From the human T2T-CHM13v2.0 reference genome, Homo sapiens, in NCBI RefSeq assembly GCF_009914755.1, contig NC_060941.1: a stretch of DNA of 64,000 nucleotides; one strand, written 5' to 3'. The position numbers and the translations under genes were made by a program. Positions 17,612-33,964 of this stretch are shown piece by piece (the first letter of the stretch is position 1; every line of letters starts with the position of its first letter). The notes beneath the pieces are model-generated. The model worked only from the letters and a program-made list of their open reading frames with translations. It was not told the DNA's origin and searched no databases.

Positions 17612-19113
17612 TTATTTTTATTTTTTTGAGACACGGTCTTGCTTTGTTGTCCAGGCTAGAGTGCAGTGGCCTGATAACACTCGAACTCCTGGGCTCAAGT
17701 GATCCTCTCATGCCACCATACCTAATTATCCTTTCTGTTGTTGAGATGGGGTCTTGCTATCTCGCCCAGGCTAGTCTTGTACACCTGGGCTCAAGTGATC
17801 CTCCTGCCTCAGCCTCCCAAAGTGCTGGGATTACAGGTGTGAGCCACCACACCCAGCCAAACGTGTATATATATACATGTATGTGTATTTTTTTTAATGG
17901 CATTATTCTGCACATCTTTAAAAATCACGCAAATGGCTGAGCACGGTGGCTCACGCCTGTAATCCTAGCACTTTGGGAGGCCAAGTTGGGTGGAACACTT
18001 GAGGTCAGGAGTTCAAGACCAGCCTGGCCAACATGGTGAAACCCTGTGGCCACTAAAAATAGGAAAATGAGCTGGGCATGGTGGTGCATGCCTGTAATCC
18101 CAACTACTCGGGAGGCTGAGGCAGGAGAATCACTTTAACCCAGGAGGTGGAGGTTGCAGTGAGCTGAGATCACGCCACTGCACTCCAGCCTGGGCAACAG
18201 AGTGAGACTCCATCTCAAAAAAAAAAAAAAAATTAATTACACAAATGACACTCTATACATATCTGACCTGTATTCATTCAATAATCTGACATGACTATTG
18301 AACCAGTTCTAGTTCATTCACGCAGCTCTAGTTTATTCATTTTAGCTACTTAATTGTTTTATAAATATACCTTTACTCATTTTCCTGTTAATGAACATTT
18401 ACTTTATTTCCTAATTTTCACTTAAACATTCAACTAGTGAACATTCTAGTACACGTCTTCCTATGCATATAAGCAAGAATTTCTCTAGGATAAGCCTCTA
18501 GACATGGAATTGCTAGGTAACAAATTATGTGCATTTTTTTCAGCCAGGAGCATTGGCTCACGCCTCTAATCCCAGCACTTTGGGAAGCAGCTCACCTGAG
18601 GTCAGGAGTTCGAGACCAGCCTGGCCAACATGGCAAAACCCTGTCTCTACTAAAAATACAAAACTTAACCGGGCGTTGTGGCATGTGCCTGTAATCCCAG
18701 CTACTCAGGAGGCTGAGGCAGGAGAATTGCTTGAACCCAGGAGGCAGAGATTGTGGTGAGCCGAGATCATGCCACTGCATTCTAGCCTGGGCGACATAGA
18801 CTGTCTCAAAAAAATAAATAAAAAACAAATTATGTGCATTTTTAATGAAAGTGACTGTACCATTCCATGCACTCATATAGCCATGCTTCATATTCTCATC
18901 CTTGGTATTTTTAATTTTGCCAACTTACTAGTTTTGAAATGGCATTTGATGTTTTTAATTCATTTCCTTGTTTCCTTTGAGGTTAAACATCCTTTCATGT
19001 TTATTGGTCATTTTGGCTTCCTCTTTTGTGAACTGCCTCTTCATGTCCCTTGTCTTTTACTTATTACTTGCAGAAATTCCATACACGTCCTGGATGTAAA
19101 TCTTCTCTTCTAG

Positions 19114-19368
<255 letters not shown>

Positions 19369-19610
19369 TAGCCAGGATGGTCTCAATCTCCTGACCTGGT
19401 GATCTGCTCACCTCGGCCTCCCAAAGTACTGGTATTACAGGCGTGAGCCACCGCGCTTGGCGAAAGTTTTAAGTTTTAACGTAGTCAAATTTACACAACA
19501 TGGATTATATTTTCCTGTGTCTTATTTTAAGCAATATCCCTTCCTATCCTGAGATCAGGATTGTTCCCCCTACCTGTTCTTCTACATGACTTCAAGTTTT
19601 GTTTTTTTAA

Positions 19611-20140
<530 letters not shown>

Positions 20141-21020
20141 GAGATATATGAGAGGAGGCAGGAAATTATTTTTTGCCAGATGATGGATAACTAGCATCAT
20201 TTACAGATCAGTCTATCTTTTCCCAACTAGGAACTCTATATCCGAAATTCCCAATATACCTGGGTCTGTTTCTGTGCATTTGTTTTGAATATATACCATA
20301 AGTATCAAGAATGGAATGGAAACCAAATGGAAGCCTATGGCAAAATAATGCTGCCTCCTCAATCTTTATAAAACCAGCTCCCTCTTGACATTTAAGCTAA
20401 GATTTGAATGTCATCTCCTTAGAGGACATCCTTAACCACTCAATCTTAACAGAGATGACTGCCTAGACCAGGGTGTTAATTGTCACAGATGGTGAGACGT
20501 GGTAGGATTTCGATATGTGTGAGGTAGACCTAACAGATTTGCTGATGGATCAGATATAGAGTAGGAGGAAAGAAGAGGTTCAAAGATGTACTAAAGTTTT
20601 GGGCTGAGCAACTAAAAATCCAAAAATGCAGCCGGGAGCGGTGGCTCATGCCTGTAATCCCAGCCTTTGGGAGGCCGAGGCAGGCAGATCACCTGAGGTC
20701 AGGAGTACAAAACCAGCCTGACCAACATGGTGAAACCCTGTCTCCAAAAATTAGCTGGTCATGGTGGCGCATGCCTGTAATTCCAGCTACTTGCGAGGCT
20801 GAGGCAGGAGAATCACTTGAACCCAGGAGGCGGAGGTTGCAGTGAGCCAAGATCCGCCACTGCACTCCAGCTTGAACGATAAGAGCGAAACTCCATCTCA
20901 AAAAAAAGAAAAGAAAAAAAGCCAAAATACTACTTCTTGAGAAAAACTGATGAGCAGGTTTAAAATGACTAAATCTGGCATAAAATTTTAGATATTGTAA
21001 GTTGAAGGTATCTACTGGAT

Positions 21021-21216
21021 TAAGCTTGTCCATCCCGCGGCCCAGGATGGCTCTGAATGTGCCCAACACAAATTCGTAAACTTTCTTAAAACATTATAAG
21101 TTTTGCGATTTTTTTTTAGCTCATCTGCTATTGTTAGCGTTAGTGTACTCTATGTGTGGCTCAAGACAATTCTTCTTCCAATGTGGCCTAGGGAAGCCAA
21201 AAGACTGGACACCTCT
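21021..21216. mobile_element. MER30 hAT-Charlie MITE
   Basis: AAGCTTGTCCA...CCCAACACAAATTCGTAAACTTTCTTAAAACATTA...GGGAAGCCAAAAGACTGGACACC. Confidence 0.8.
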
Positions 21217-22912
21217 ATATTGGTCAGGTAGAGATACAAACTGAACCTAAAGTTGGATATACCAGTCTGGATTCAGGGGCAAGGATCCAACGTAGTGATG
21301 TAAATTTGGGACTCAATGCATTGATGGTATTTAAAGTCTGAATCGAATCCCTAACAGGACCATCTCCAGCTTCTACTCTTACCACATCCAGCCTCCAAAA
21401 AGCACCTAGAATGATTTTTTTTTTTTTTTGAGACAAGATCTCACTGTGTTGCAGTGGTGGGATCATAGCTTACTGCAGCCTCAAACTCCTGGGCTCAAGT
21501 GATCTTTCTGCTTCAGCCTCCTGAATAACTCACAACACCCAGCTATTTATTTTTTCTTTTTGTAGAGATGGAGTCTCTCTATGCTGTACAGGTTGATCTC
21601 GAACTGGCCTCAGGTGATCCTCCTGTCTCAGCCTCCCAAAGCCCTTGATTACAGGCATGAGCCACCATGCCCTAGAATGATCTTTTTAAGATATAAGTTC
21701 AGATCACTCCTCTTTCAAAATTTTAAATTAATATTCTTTCTGTATTTTGTTTGACACATGGTCTCACTTTGTCATCCAGGCTGGAGTGTAGTGACTCAAA
21801 TATGGCTCATTGTAGCCTCCACCTCCTAGGCTCAAGTGATCCTTCTGCCTCAGCCTCCTGAGTAGCTGGGACCACAGGTGTGCACCATCATACCCAGCAA
21901 TTTTTTAAATGTTTTGTACAGGTCTCATGTTGCTCAGGCTGGTCTTGAACTCCTGGGTTCAAGCTATATTCCTGCCTCGGCCTCCTAAAATACTGGGATT
22001 ACAGATATGAACCACCATGTTTGGCATCTCGGCATTAGGAATAAAACCTAACCATGGCCCGTAGAGCTCTCAATCACCCAACACTTGCCTACATCTATGC
22101 TCCAGTCACAGTAGCCTTCTTTCCTCTCTTGAAGGGCACCATGCTCTTTCTTGCCTCCTGGCCTTTGAACATGCGATTCCCTGGCCTCTCTAGTTACCTC
22201 CTACTGATCCTTCAGCTCTAAGTTTCAAGGTCACCTGCTGAGTCCTCTAACATCTAACCAAAATGCATTTCTCCTCTTAATCTTTCATAACACTTTACTC
22301 AACTTGTAAGTATACACCTATACACACACACTTACATGGAGCGAAAGGGAGAAGAGAGAAGATTTGTTTGCTTATTTATTATCTGTCTACCCCAGTAGAC
22401 AATAAGCTCCATGGGTGCAGGGACATTCTCTGGTTCACTACTCAATCGTGAGGGCCTAGCACAGCACCTGGCAGACTCTGGACACTCAAAAGGTATTTGT
22501 TGAATAGAGACAACAGTCTCTTGTGCAATATGCAGTTTGCCTCATTATTCTTAGAATGTTTTCCCCCCTTAAAAAAACAAAAGTTAACCACTTCAATACC
22601 AATAAATTAGAGAGCTATTAGGTATACCCCTGCCTTACCAATAAAGCTTCCTCCTACTATTTTACCGGTTTCATTCATTAAGCACTTTCATGCATTCATC
22701 ACCTGGCATCAGTTACCAAAACCGTGTACCCACTTAAGAAGAAGTATTTAAAGTCATTCAGAGTTCAATGGGCCTTTGGGAATCATCTAATTCTCAGCTG
22801 ACAGAAGACAGAAAAGTAGGTTAACTGGTCTGCCCCTGTTACAGTTAGCAGCAGAGCTGTCATATGAAACCAAGTTCGATTTTGTTTAGTGCTTTTTCCA
22901 AAACCCATTTCT

Positions 22913-23524
<612 letters not shown>

Positions 23525-24299
23525 TCTGTCTGGTACATTTTATCTGAAGCAACAGGAATTGACAGGAAAAATCACTGCTGTCCACAGACCCATACTTGCT
23601 CACTTCGGATATGTATTTTTAATGAAGTGCAACAACGTTACCCAGAATCAAAATTAAGCTGTTTCTACGTAAACATTGGGCAGGTAATACAACTGGAAAT
23701 CAAAAATGTAAGTAGTTCGTTTGTAAGTTAGGGTTCCAGTAGTTAGCAAACTTGCCAAAGTCATCAAAAGTAGTGGTCTTCCTGTTGGGGAACTTTAGCA
23801 ATAAGTAATTTTATTTTAGTAACAGCAGTAACTACCCCTCCCCCCAAAGAGGAAATTGGAAGACAGCACTGGGTGAAGAAAACAATTTTTTCACGTGTTG
23901 CTTTTAGACATAAAACCCTCAACATTTGGAAACTTCAGACTTCCATAATAAGGTTCTAAAGAGATTTCCTTGATCTTGATCCACGGTCCTCAAAGAAACA
24001 CAAAAAAACTAACCCCCACCTAAGAACTGTTCTTAACCAAACAGGCAGGAACTTCTATGGGCTTTAGCAATCGCTTCTGAACCAGCGCGACAATACTCCT
24101 CTGACCTCGCGCAAGAAGGCCACCTTCTCCCTCCCAGAAGAGTCCCGGAGCAGAGCAAGGCACTCAGGGGGCATCTGCGCCGAGGTCGAGGCTCGCTGAA
24201 GGCCTTGCTGCCGCCTTGGGGAAAGCCCTCGCAGGCCCACCTGCCCCACCGCCGCCCCTGAGGCCCGGCCTGACTCCCCGCCGGCGCCCCCTCAGCTAC

Positions 24300-24387
24300 C
24301 TTTCCGCCGGAAGAAGGACATGGCGGGGCCCGGGTCGGGACGGAGGGTGCGGGGGGACTGGCGCGGGGAGGGCCCGGCTCCCCTCAT
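24300..24387 (-). CDS. AKAP10: AKAP10 coding exon 1 (88 coding nt; MRGAGPSPRQSPRTLRPDPGPAMSFFRRK + first base of V30)
   Basis: Manual translation from the ATG at 24387 matches the recalled D-AKAP2 N-terminus. Donor G|GTAGCT begins at 24299. Splices in frame (phase 1) to exon 2. Confidence 0.95.
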
Positions 24388-24430
24388 TCAGCAACCGGCC
24401 CGGACTTCCGGGTCCAGAGGGGCCGCTGCA

Positions 24431-24508
24431 CTAGCGCGAAAAGGGACCCTTCTTCCGGGAGTGGGCCCCACCGCCTCCTCGGGATGCCCAGGCAGCTCCA
24501 GCCGCCAT
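24431..24508 (-). other. Candidate upstream ORF in the AKAP10 leader (25 aa, MAAGAAWASRGGGGAHSRKKGPFSR*)
   Basis: ATG at 24508 in context AATATGG (A at -3, G at +4). TAG at 24433-24431. Out of frame with the main ATG. Inclusion in the mRNA depends on TSS position. Confidence 0.55.
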
Positions 24509-25488
24509 ATTATCAACAAGCCGCCCGCCCGGAGTTCCGGTCCTTCCCCGCGCTAGGCTTCACGGGAGGTCAAGCGCCGGCCCCGCCCCTTTTCCCCATC
24601 CCCCTCCCGCGGGTGCAGGGGCGCACGCCCGCATCGCCCACGTGACCCGCGCGTGCTACCCGCGCCTCTTTCCCGGGCCCTGGGTGCCTGGAGCGAGCCA
24701 CCGTTCCTGCAGCTGTTTTGTGGCGTCTGTCGCCGGCCCCCGGTGGAGCGCTGCAGACCCAGTCTCTGCAAAACTAACTCCCTGGGGCGGGAGCCCTCCC
24801 AGCAGCTGGAACGGGGCGGGCCTTAGGTCCCCGGCTTCCGGCCCCTGGGTACCCTTCAAATTGTGCCCTTCTAAAAGGCAGGGTCAACCCTGCCACGCTC
24901 CAGCTCGACCCCTCCTGCTCCTCCGTTTGAGTTTTGCTCACAGGCGCTGGCCGGCACGAGCAGCTTCACCCTGCACCCCAGTCCCTGCTTCCTCAGGAGA
25001 ACCCGCCACGGCCTGCGGGTTCGAGGCGATGCAGAACCCTGATTAGGAAAAGGCACAACCTGCCGCATGCGGAACCAGCAGCTCCCTGGATCATTAGCGA
25101 ATGAAAAGGGGAAGCGGGCTTATTTCGGAGTGCAGTCCCTGCGAATGCTCAACTTTGTAAGGGACTGCAACATAAAAGCCTCGCCAGTATTTAAAAGCTA
25201 GCTCCAGTGAATCATCCTTGCTCAAATGCCATTTTCCTGTGAATCTTCTGACCCTCTACTCCCAAAGCAAAATCAATCAAGCCTCCCTGTCTTTGGTGCT
25301 TCTTAACACCCGGCGAGTGCGCTCAGCGGCTGAGGTTGTAACTGCTCCCTGGGGTTGGGGTTGGGGAGGGCAGGAAGGTAATAGTAACTCAATAAATGTT
25401 CGCTGGGGTTTTTAAACCAATGAAGTTTATCATGTGACGGATGGGGAAACAGGCCCAGAAGAGACAACTAGCCCAAGATTGTTCAGAA

Positions 25489-26059
25489 TGTTAGAAATAC
25501 CAAAATTGTTAGAAATAGATAATCGGTGCCACGAAGAAAAGTCAGCACGGAGACAAAAGATCTCCAGCAAGGCAATCTTTACTTTCTGCAGAAAGGGTGC
25601 TCAATCGCAGATGGAACGATGTCGAGAGCACACCTGAACAAAGGAAAAGCAAACATATTTATCCCTTACGCATTTGGGTCGTCCTCACTGCTATGTCCTG
25701 CATCCATTGGCTGGAGCGGGACCTCACACTCTTAAACTGATAGCCGATTTGCTAATAGCCTAAAACTTTCTAAATAGGTAAGTGCAAGGAAGAACGAAGA
25801 AGGAGAGGAAGTTGCTTACCGAAAGGTTTAAGGAAGCAATAACATTTCCAAATAAGGAAGGGGCATAGGCTGTGAACTGGAACGTGCCTGTGAGCATGTC
25901 CAACAGTTACATAGGATAGGGCTTAACAAAGAGTTATTAGCACAAAGCAAGGAGGCTTGAAGAAAGTTAGTCTTTAAAATAAACTATTACTTCTAACACT
26001 TATGATGTATTCTTTAACAAGAAGGGGAACTTTGAAGAGGAAACTTTTTACTTTCTACA
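25489..26059 (-). mobile_element. Solo ERV1 LTR, LTR10 family (LTR10B-like)
   Basis: TG...CA termini with 4-bp TSD AGAA (25485-25488 and 26060-26063). Minus strand begins TGTAGAAAGTAAAAAGTTTCCTCTTCAAAG, resembling the recalled LTR10B consensus. Confidence 0.8.
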
Positions 26060-26699
26060 AGAATGTCCAAGTTTAAGACTATAACTAGAACCCGAAATAG
26101 GCAAATCCCTTAACCTGCTCTAATAATAATATGGTCTTTTCACTATATTGTTAGAGCAGGTTAAAAGATTTACTTATTTCATTTCTGGCCAGATGCAGTG
26201 GCTTATGCCTGTAATCCCAACACTTTGAGAGGCTGAGGCAGTCAGATCACCTGAGGTCAGGAGTTAGACCAGCCTGGCCAAGATGGCGAAACCCCGTCTC
26301 TACTAAAAATACAAAAATTAACTGGGCGTCGTGGCATGCCTGTAGTCCCAGCTAATCAGGAGGCTGAGGCAGGAGAATCTCGAACACGGGAGGTGGAGGT
26401 TGCAGTGAGCCAAGATCGCGCCACTGCACTCCAGCCTGGGCGAGAGGAAGACTCCTTAAAAAAAAAAAAAAAAAAGATGTGCCTATTTCGTTTCAGAGCA
26501 TGGCATGTTTGCAAGTGCATGAAAGGTAACCAAAACTGACATGGAAATTTACTATGCGACGGTACTGTGCTAAACCCTCCAGATGAGTAATAGTCCTTGG
26601 AGTCAGTCCTGGTATCTGGAAAACTAGGCACTGAAAAATAAAGTCAACTGCTCAAGGTCACACGCTAACTAGGGATGAAGCCTGGATTTCAAGGTGAAG

Positions 26700-27200
26700 C
26701 CTTTCTCCAGTTAAGGACAGCGCGTCCAGGCGCACTGGACGGAAGCAGCGCTGGCAGAGGCTCCGGACGTCCGGAGTGAGCTGGCGCCGAATGGACGCGG
26801 TCTGGCCGCTTCCTCCTGGCCTCGGCCGGGCCTGCACCGGGAGGCTGAGCGGCGCCCCACCAGGGATCCGAGATGCCCTCGGGAGCCAATCTGTGTTCTT
26901 GGCGGACCACACCCCGCTGTCTGTAGCCAATAAAACCTTGGATCGTGCATCCCACCCCCACCAAAGGGAGATTGGCTGAAGCCAAGGACCCGGGCGCGGT
27001 CTACGTGGGATTTCTCTGCAGGCTGAGGGGACAAGTGGCTGTGTCTACCAGGGGCCCAAGTACAGGGCATCAGCAAGAAAGCGCAGCGCCCTTCTCCTGT
27101 TCCCTTCCAGCGTGCAGAACCTCGCAGGGGCTATTTTGTATGTGTTGTGTGGTTAGTTGGATGGGGCGGGAGGGACGTAGGGGAGGGGAGAGTGCGAGAA
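26700..27200. promoter_or_regulatory. Small CpG-rich element with three CCAAT boxes
   Basis: CpG-dense. AGCCAATC (CCAAT at 26886), AGCCAATA (26927) and inverted GATTGGCT (ATTGG at 26971). Confidence 0.5.
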
Positions 27201-28076
27201 ATCCCCTGAATGTCTCTGGCACGGGAGCAGATCCCACAGAGTTGGAGGCGGAGGACTCTAAGTTCCTCTAAATCTCCTCTAAGCCTTCCTCATTCTCTCC
27301 AGCTAAGCAGTCTGTGCAGAAGCAGTGCCTCACCTCGACTTCCAGTGTGATTTGCTGCCTTTGAGCCCTGCCCACCAGAAATTCTGAAGTCGCCGTAATC
27401 CCCGACAGCTGCATACACCTCAGTCATGATAATGGCCGTCATTATTTATGAAGTACTTATTATGCGCCCTCCTTGTATTAAGTGCTTTACAATTACTAGC
27501 TCACTTAATCCATAATTCCTGCCCTTCCCCGAAAAGAGACCCTGTGAGATGGCTGCCATCGCAACCCCCAATTTACAGATGTGGCCCTGAGGATCGGGGT
27601 AACTTATGTAGGATCATGAGGCTGTTAAGAGGTAGAGACAGGATTTCAATCGCTGTCAATCAGACTCCAAAGCCATTTGCTTATACCACTTTCTCCTATC
27701 TTTCTCTCCACCCACACATTTATCCAGGGTCCCAAAATGGGATGTCTGTCGGGCAGGTATATGGGGGTGAATGATATCTGGCAGTACATATTCTTCGGGT
27801 ACCTTCTGAATCATCACCCATTAAAATGTTTATATGCTTAGGGAAGCTTGCTGCTAAGAGTATTGTCATTTAATCTTTTGAAATTTGATGATCCACATAT
27901 GAGTAAAGTTAAAAGAAGAATTTAAAAATAACAAGAATATTACATTAGGCTGAATACGCAGCTGTGGTAAACTAATACCCTGCATTGTATTTCTGAATTA
28001 ACTTCATAAAGTCATTTTAGTTTACATGTAAGATAAAATTAATTTTTATCAGGAGTTCCTTTAATTATGCTCCTAA

Positions 28077-28462
<386 letters not shown>

Positions 28463-29542
28463 TGAGGTAAAATCAGTAAGTTAATTATCACAAATCCAGT
28501 GAATGGTTTAATCTAACATTGTTTAAAAATCAATGAATAGTATTCTACAACAAACATTCTAACAAATATAGTTTATCAAACATTCATAACTTTTTTTTTC
28601 GAGACAGATTCTCATCTCACTCTGTCGCCCAGGCCAGACTGCAGTGGTGGGATCTCAGCTCACTGCAACCTCCACCTCCTGGATTCAAGCAATTCTCCTG
28701 CCTCAGCCTCCTGACTACAAATGTGTGCCACCATGCCTGGTAATTTTTGTATTTTTAGTAGAGACGGGGTTTCACCATATTGGCCAGGCTGGTCTTGAAC
28801 TCCTGAGCTTAGGTGATCCACCTGCCTCAGCCTCTCAAAGTGTTGGGATTACAGGCATGAGTCACTGCACCCGGCCCTGGTTTTAGTTTTAATCAAATCA
28901 ATTGTACCGAAAGGGGAGAAGAGAGAATTTAGCAAGGAAATATTTGAAAAGCTAACGGCTGACAATTTTCCTGTGGTGATAACAGAAACCAACACACTAA
29001 TTCAAGAATCACTATGAACTGCAAACAAAAGAAATACAAAGAAATCTGCACACAGATTATTAATAACAAAACTTCAGGAAATAAAAATGAAGAAAAATTG
29101 TTAAAAATTGCTAGGGGTAGGGGAAGCAGATTACCTTCAAAGGAGTGCTACTTGGCCGGGTGCGGTGGCTCATGCCTGTAATCTTTGGGAGGCTGGGGCA
29201 GGCAGATCACTTGAGGCCAGGAGTTCGAGACCAGCCTGTCTAACATGGTGAAACCCCATCTCTACTGAAAATACAAAAATTAGCCGGGCGTGATGGTACG
29301 CACCTGTAATCCCAGCTATTTGGCAGGCTGAGGCAGGAGGTGGAGGTTGCACTGAGCTGAGATCACGCCACTGTACACCAGCCTAGATGACAGAGTAAGA
29401 CTCCGTCTAAAAAAAAAAAAAAAAGAGGCTGGGCGCGGTGGCTCACGCCTATAATCCCAGCACTTTGGGAGGCCGAGGCGGACAGATCACGAGGTCAGGA
29501 GATCGAGACCATCCTGGCTAACACGGTGAAACCCCAACTCTA

Positions 29543-29761
<219 letters not shown>

Positions 29762-30177
29762 TTACAGTGGATGCCAGAAGATTCATATTAAATATTCAAT
29801 ATGCTATAAAAAGTAACTGCTGGCTAGTCATGGCCCAGCACTTTGTAAGGCCAAGGTGGGTGGATTGCTAGAGCTCAGGAGTTAGAGACCAGCCTGGGAA
29901 ATGTGGCAAAGCCTCATCTCTACAAAAAATAGAAAAATTAGTTGGGTATGGTGGCATGCATCTGTAGTCCCAGCTACTAGGGAGGCTGAGGTGGGAAGAT
30001 CACCTGAGCCCTAGGAGGTCAAGTCTGCAGTGAACCGAGATCACATTACTACACCCCAGCATAGGCAACAGAGTGAGACCCTGTCTCAAAATAATAATAA
30101 TAATGATAATAACTATCAACCAACAATTTTATATCCATCAAAAATATATTTCAAAGATGACACAAAATAAGATTTCA

Positions 30178-30566
<389 letters not shown>

Positions 30567-30835
30567 CTAGCACTTTGGGAGGCTGAGGTGGTCAGATCAT
30601 TTGAGGCCAGGAGTTCAAGACCAGCCTGGCCAACATGGCGAAAACCCGTCTCTACTAAAAAAATATAAAAATTAGCTGGGCATGGTGGTGTGTGCCTGTA
30701 ATCCCAGCTATGTGGGAGGCTGAGGCAGGAGATTCGCTTGAACCAGGGAGGCAGAGATTGAAGTGAGCCGAGCTTGTGCCACTGCACTTTCAGTCTGGGC
30801 CACTGAGTGAGACTCTGTCTCAAAAAAAAAAAAAA

Positions 30836-31090
30836 TTATATTTGATAGCACAACAGAGTGACTCTAGTCAATACAAAATTAAATGTACATTTTAAAATAA
30901 CTTAAAGAGTGTAATTGGATTGTTTGTAACTTGAAGGATAAATTGCTTGAGAGGATGGATACCCCATTCTCCATGATGTGCTTATTTCACATTGCATGCC
31001 TGTATCAAAACATCTCATGTACTCCATAAATACATATATCTACTACGTACCCACAAAAATAACAAAATTAAAAATAAATAAAAAATAAAA
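30836..31090 (+). mobile_element. L1MA-type 3' end
   Basis: GGATGGATACCCCATTCTCCATGATGTGCTTATTTCACATTGCATGCCTGTATCAAAACATCTCATGTAC followed by an A-rich tail. Confidence 0.8.
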
Positions 31091-31287
31091 GTATGTATGT
31101 GCAAAGTTTAAAAAAAAAAAAGAATATCCTAAAGGATTTACTTCAAGCAGAATAAAGTACATGAGATAGAAAGTCTTTGATGCAAGGCACTAGAATAAGT
31201 GGTATGTGGATAAATGTGAATAAACATTGAGTGTAAGCGGTAATAATAAAGTTGTGAAAGTTAATTAACTACAAAATTAGAGGGCAT

Positions 31288-32172
<885 letters not shown>

Positions 32173-32388
32173 AAACATCTAGCAGGTTTAAAAATGTCAC
32201 CAGTGTGGCAGGCCACTGAATCTTAGTAGAGTTTATATCTCACCTTCTGGCATGTATGTGTCTTGACTGTGTTTCTGGAACACTTGCCATTTCTTGCTTA
32301 CAATCAGCATGATGTCGTCAACATAGTGTCTCCATATGATGTTCTGCAGAATGTCCAGACAATCAAGTATTTTTTTTTTTTTTTTTGA

Positions 32389-32496
<108 letters not shown>

Positions 32497-32652
32497 TAGC
32501 TGAGATTTCAGGTGCCCACCACCACGCCCAGCTAATTTTTGTATTTTTAGTAGAGATGGGGTTTCACCATGTTGGCCAGGCTGGTCTCGAACTCCAGAAC
32601 CCAGGTGATCCACCCCCCTCAGCCTCCCAAAGTGCTGGGATTACAGGCGTGA

Positions 32653-33009
<357 letters not shown>

Positions 33010-33123
33010 TAGTGAATACTAAATAGCCACACGTTGCTATTCAGTATTTTAAATGTGGCTAATCAAACGAAGATGTGCTGTAAGTGTAAAATATACTTTC
33101 TATTTCCGTGCACTCTAACCTGA

Positions 33124-33587
<464 letters not shown>

Positions 33588-33652
33588 TGATCCGCCCGCC
33601 TCGGCCTCCCAAAGTGCTGGGATTACAGGCATGAGCCACCGCGCCCAGCCCC

Positions 33653-33821
33653 AGTCCATTTTTAAATAAGGAAAGGAATGTGAGCTGGGGCCGTAGCATG
33701 CCTGGGCATGTAGTAAAATCAGAAAGAAGGAAAAGGAGAAGAAAGGCGGGGGGTGGTACTTGGAATTAGAGAATAAGAAGCGGATCAGCCTGTTTGAAGA
33801 GAAACCTTGTCATATCTTACA
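33653..33821 (-). mobile_element. 5' fragment of an LTR10-family LTR (LTR10D/E-like)
   Basis: Minus strand starts TGTAAGATATGACAAGGTTTCTCTTCAAA and includes CAGCTCACATTCCTTTCCTTATTT. Cut off at an Alu at ~33650. Confidence 0.65.
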
Positions 33822-33964
33822 GTAGTAGCATCTCCCACAGTCCACACTGGCCAACAGACAATTACCACCACCCAGCCTGTCACAGATGCCAGTGTCCTAA
33901 TGAAGGCTGTGTCCTCCAATGGCTTCTCAGGTCTTGCATAGTAATTCAATTCCAACATTCCTGC

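Larger units (their letters stand above)
24080..25070 (-). promoter_or_regulatory. AKAP10: AKAP10 CpG-island promoter/5' UTR
   Basis: High GC and CpG density. ETS CCGGAAGT at 24404-24411 (-), YY1-type GCCGCCATATT at 24501-24511, GC box at ~24579-24589, E-box CACGTGAC at 24639-24646. No TATA box seen. Confidence 0.9.
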
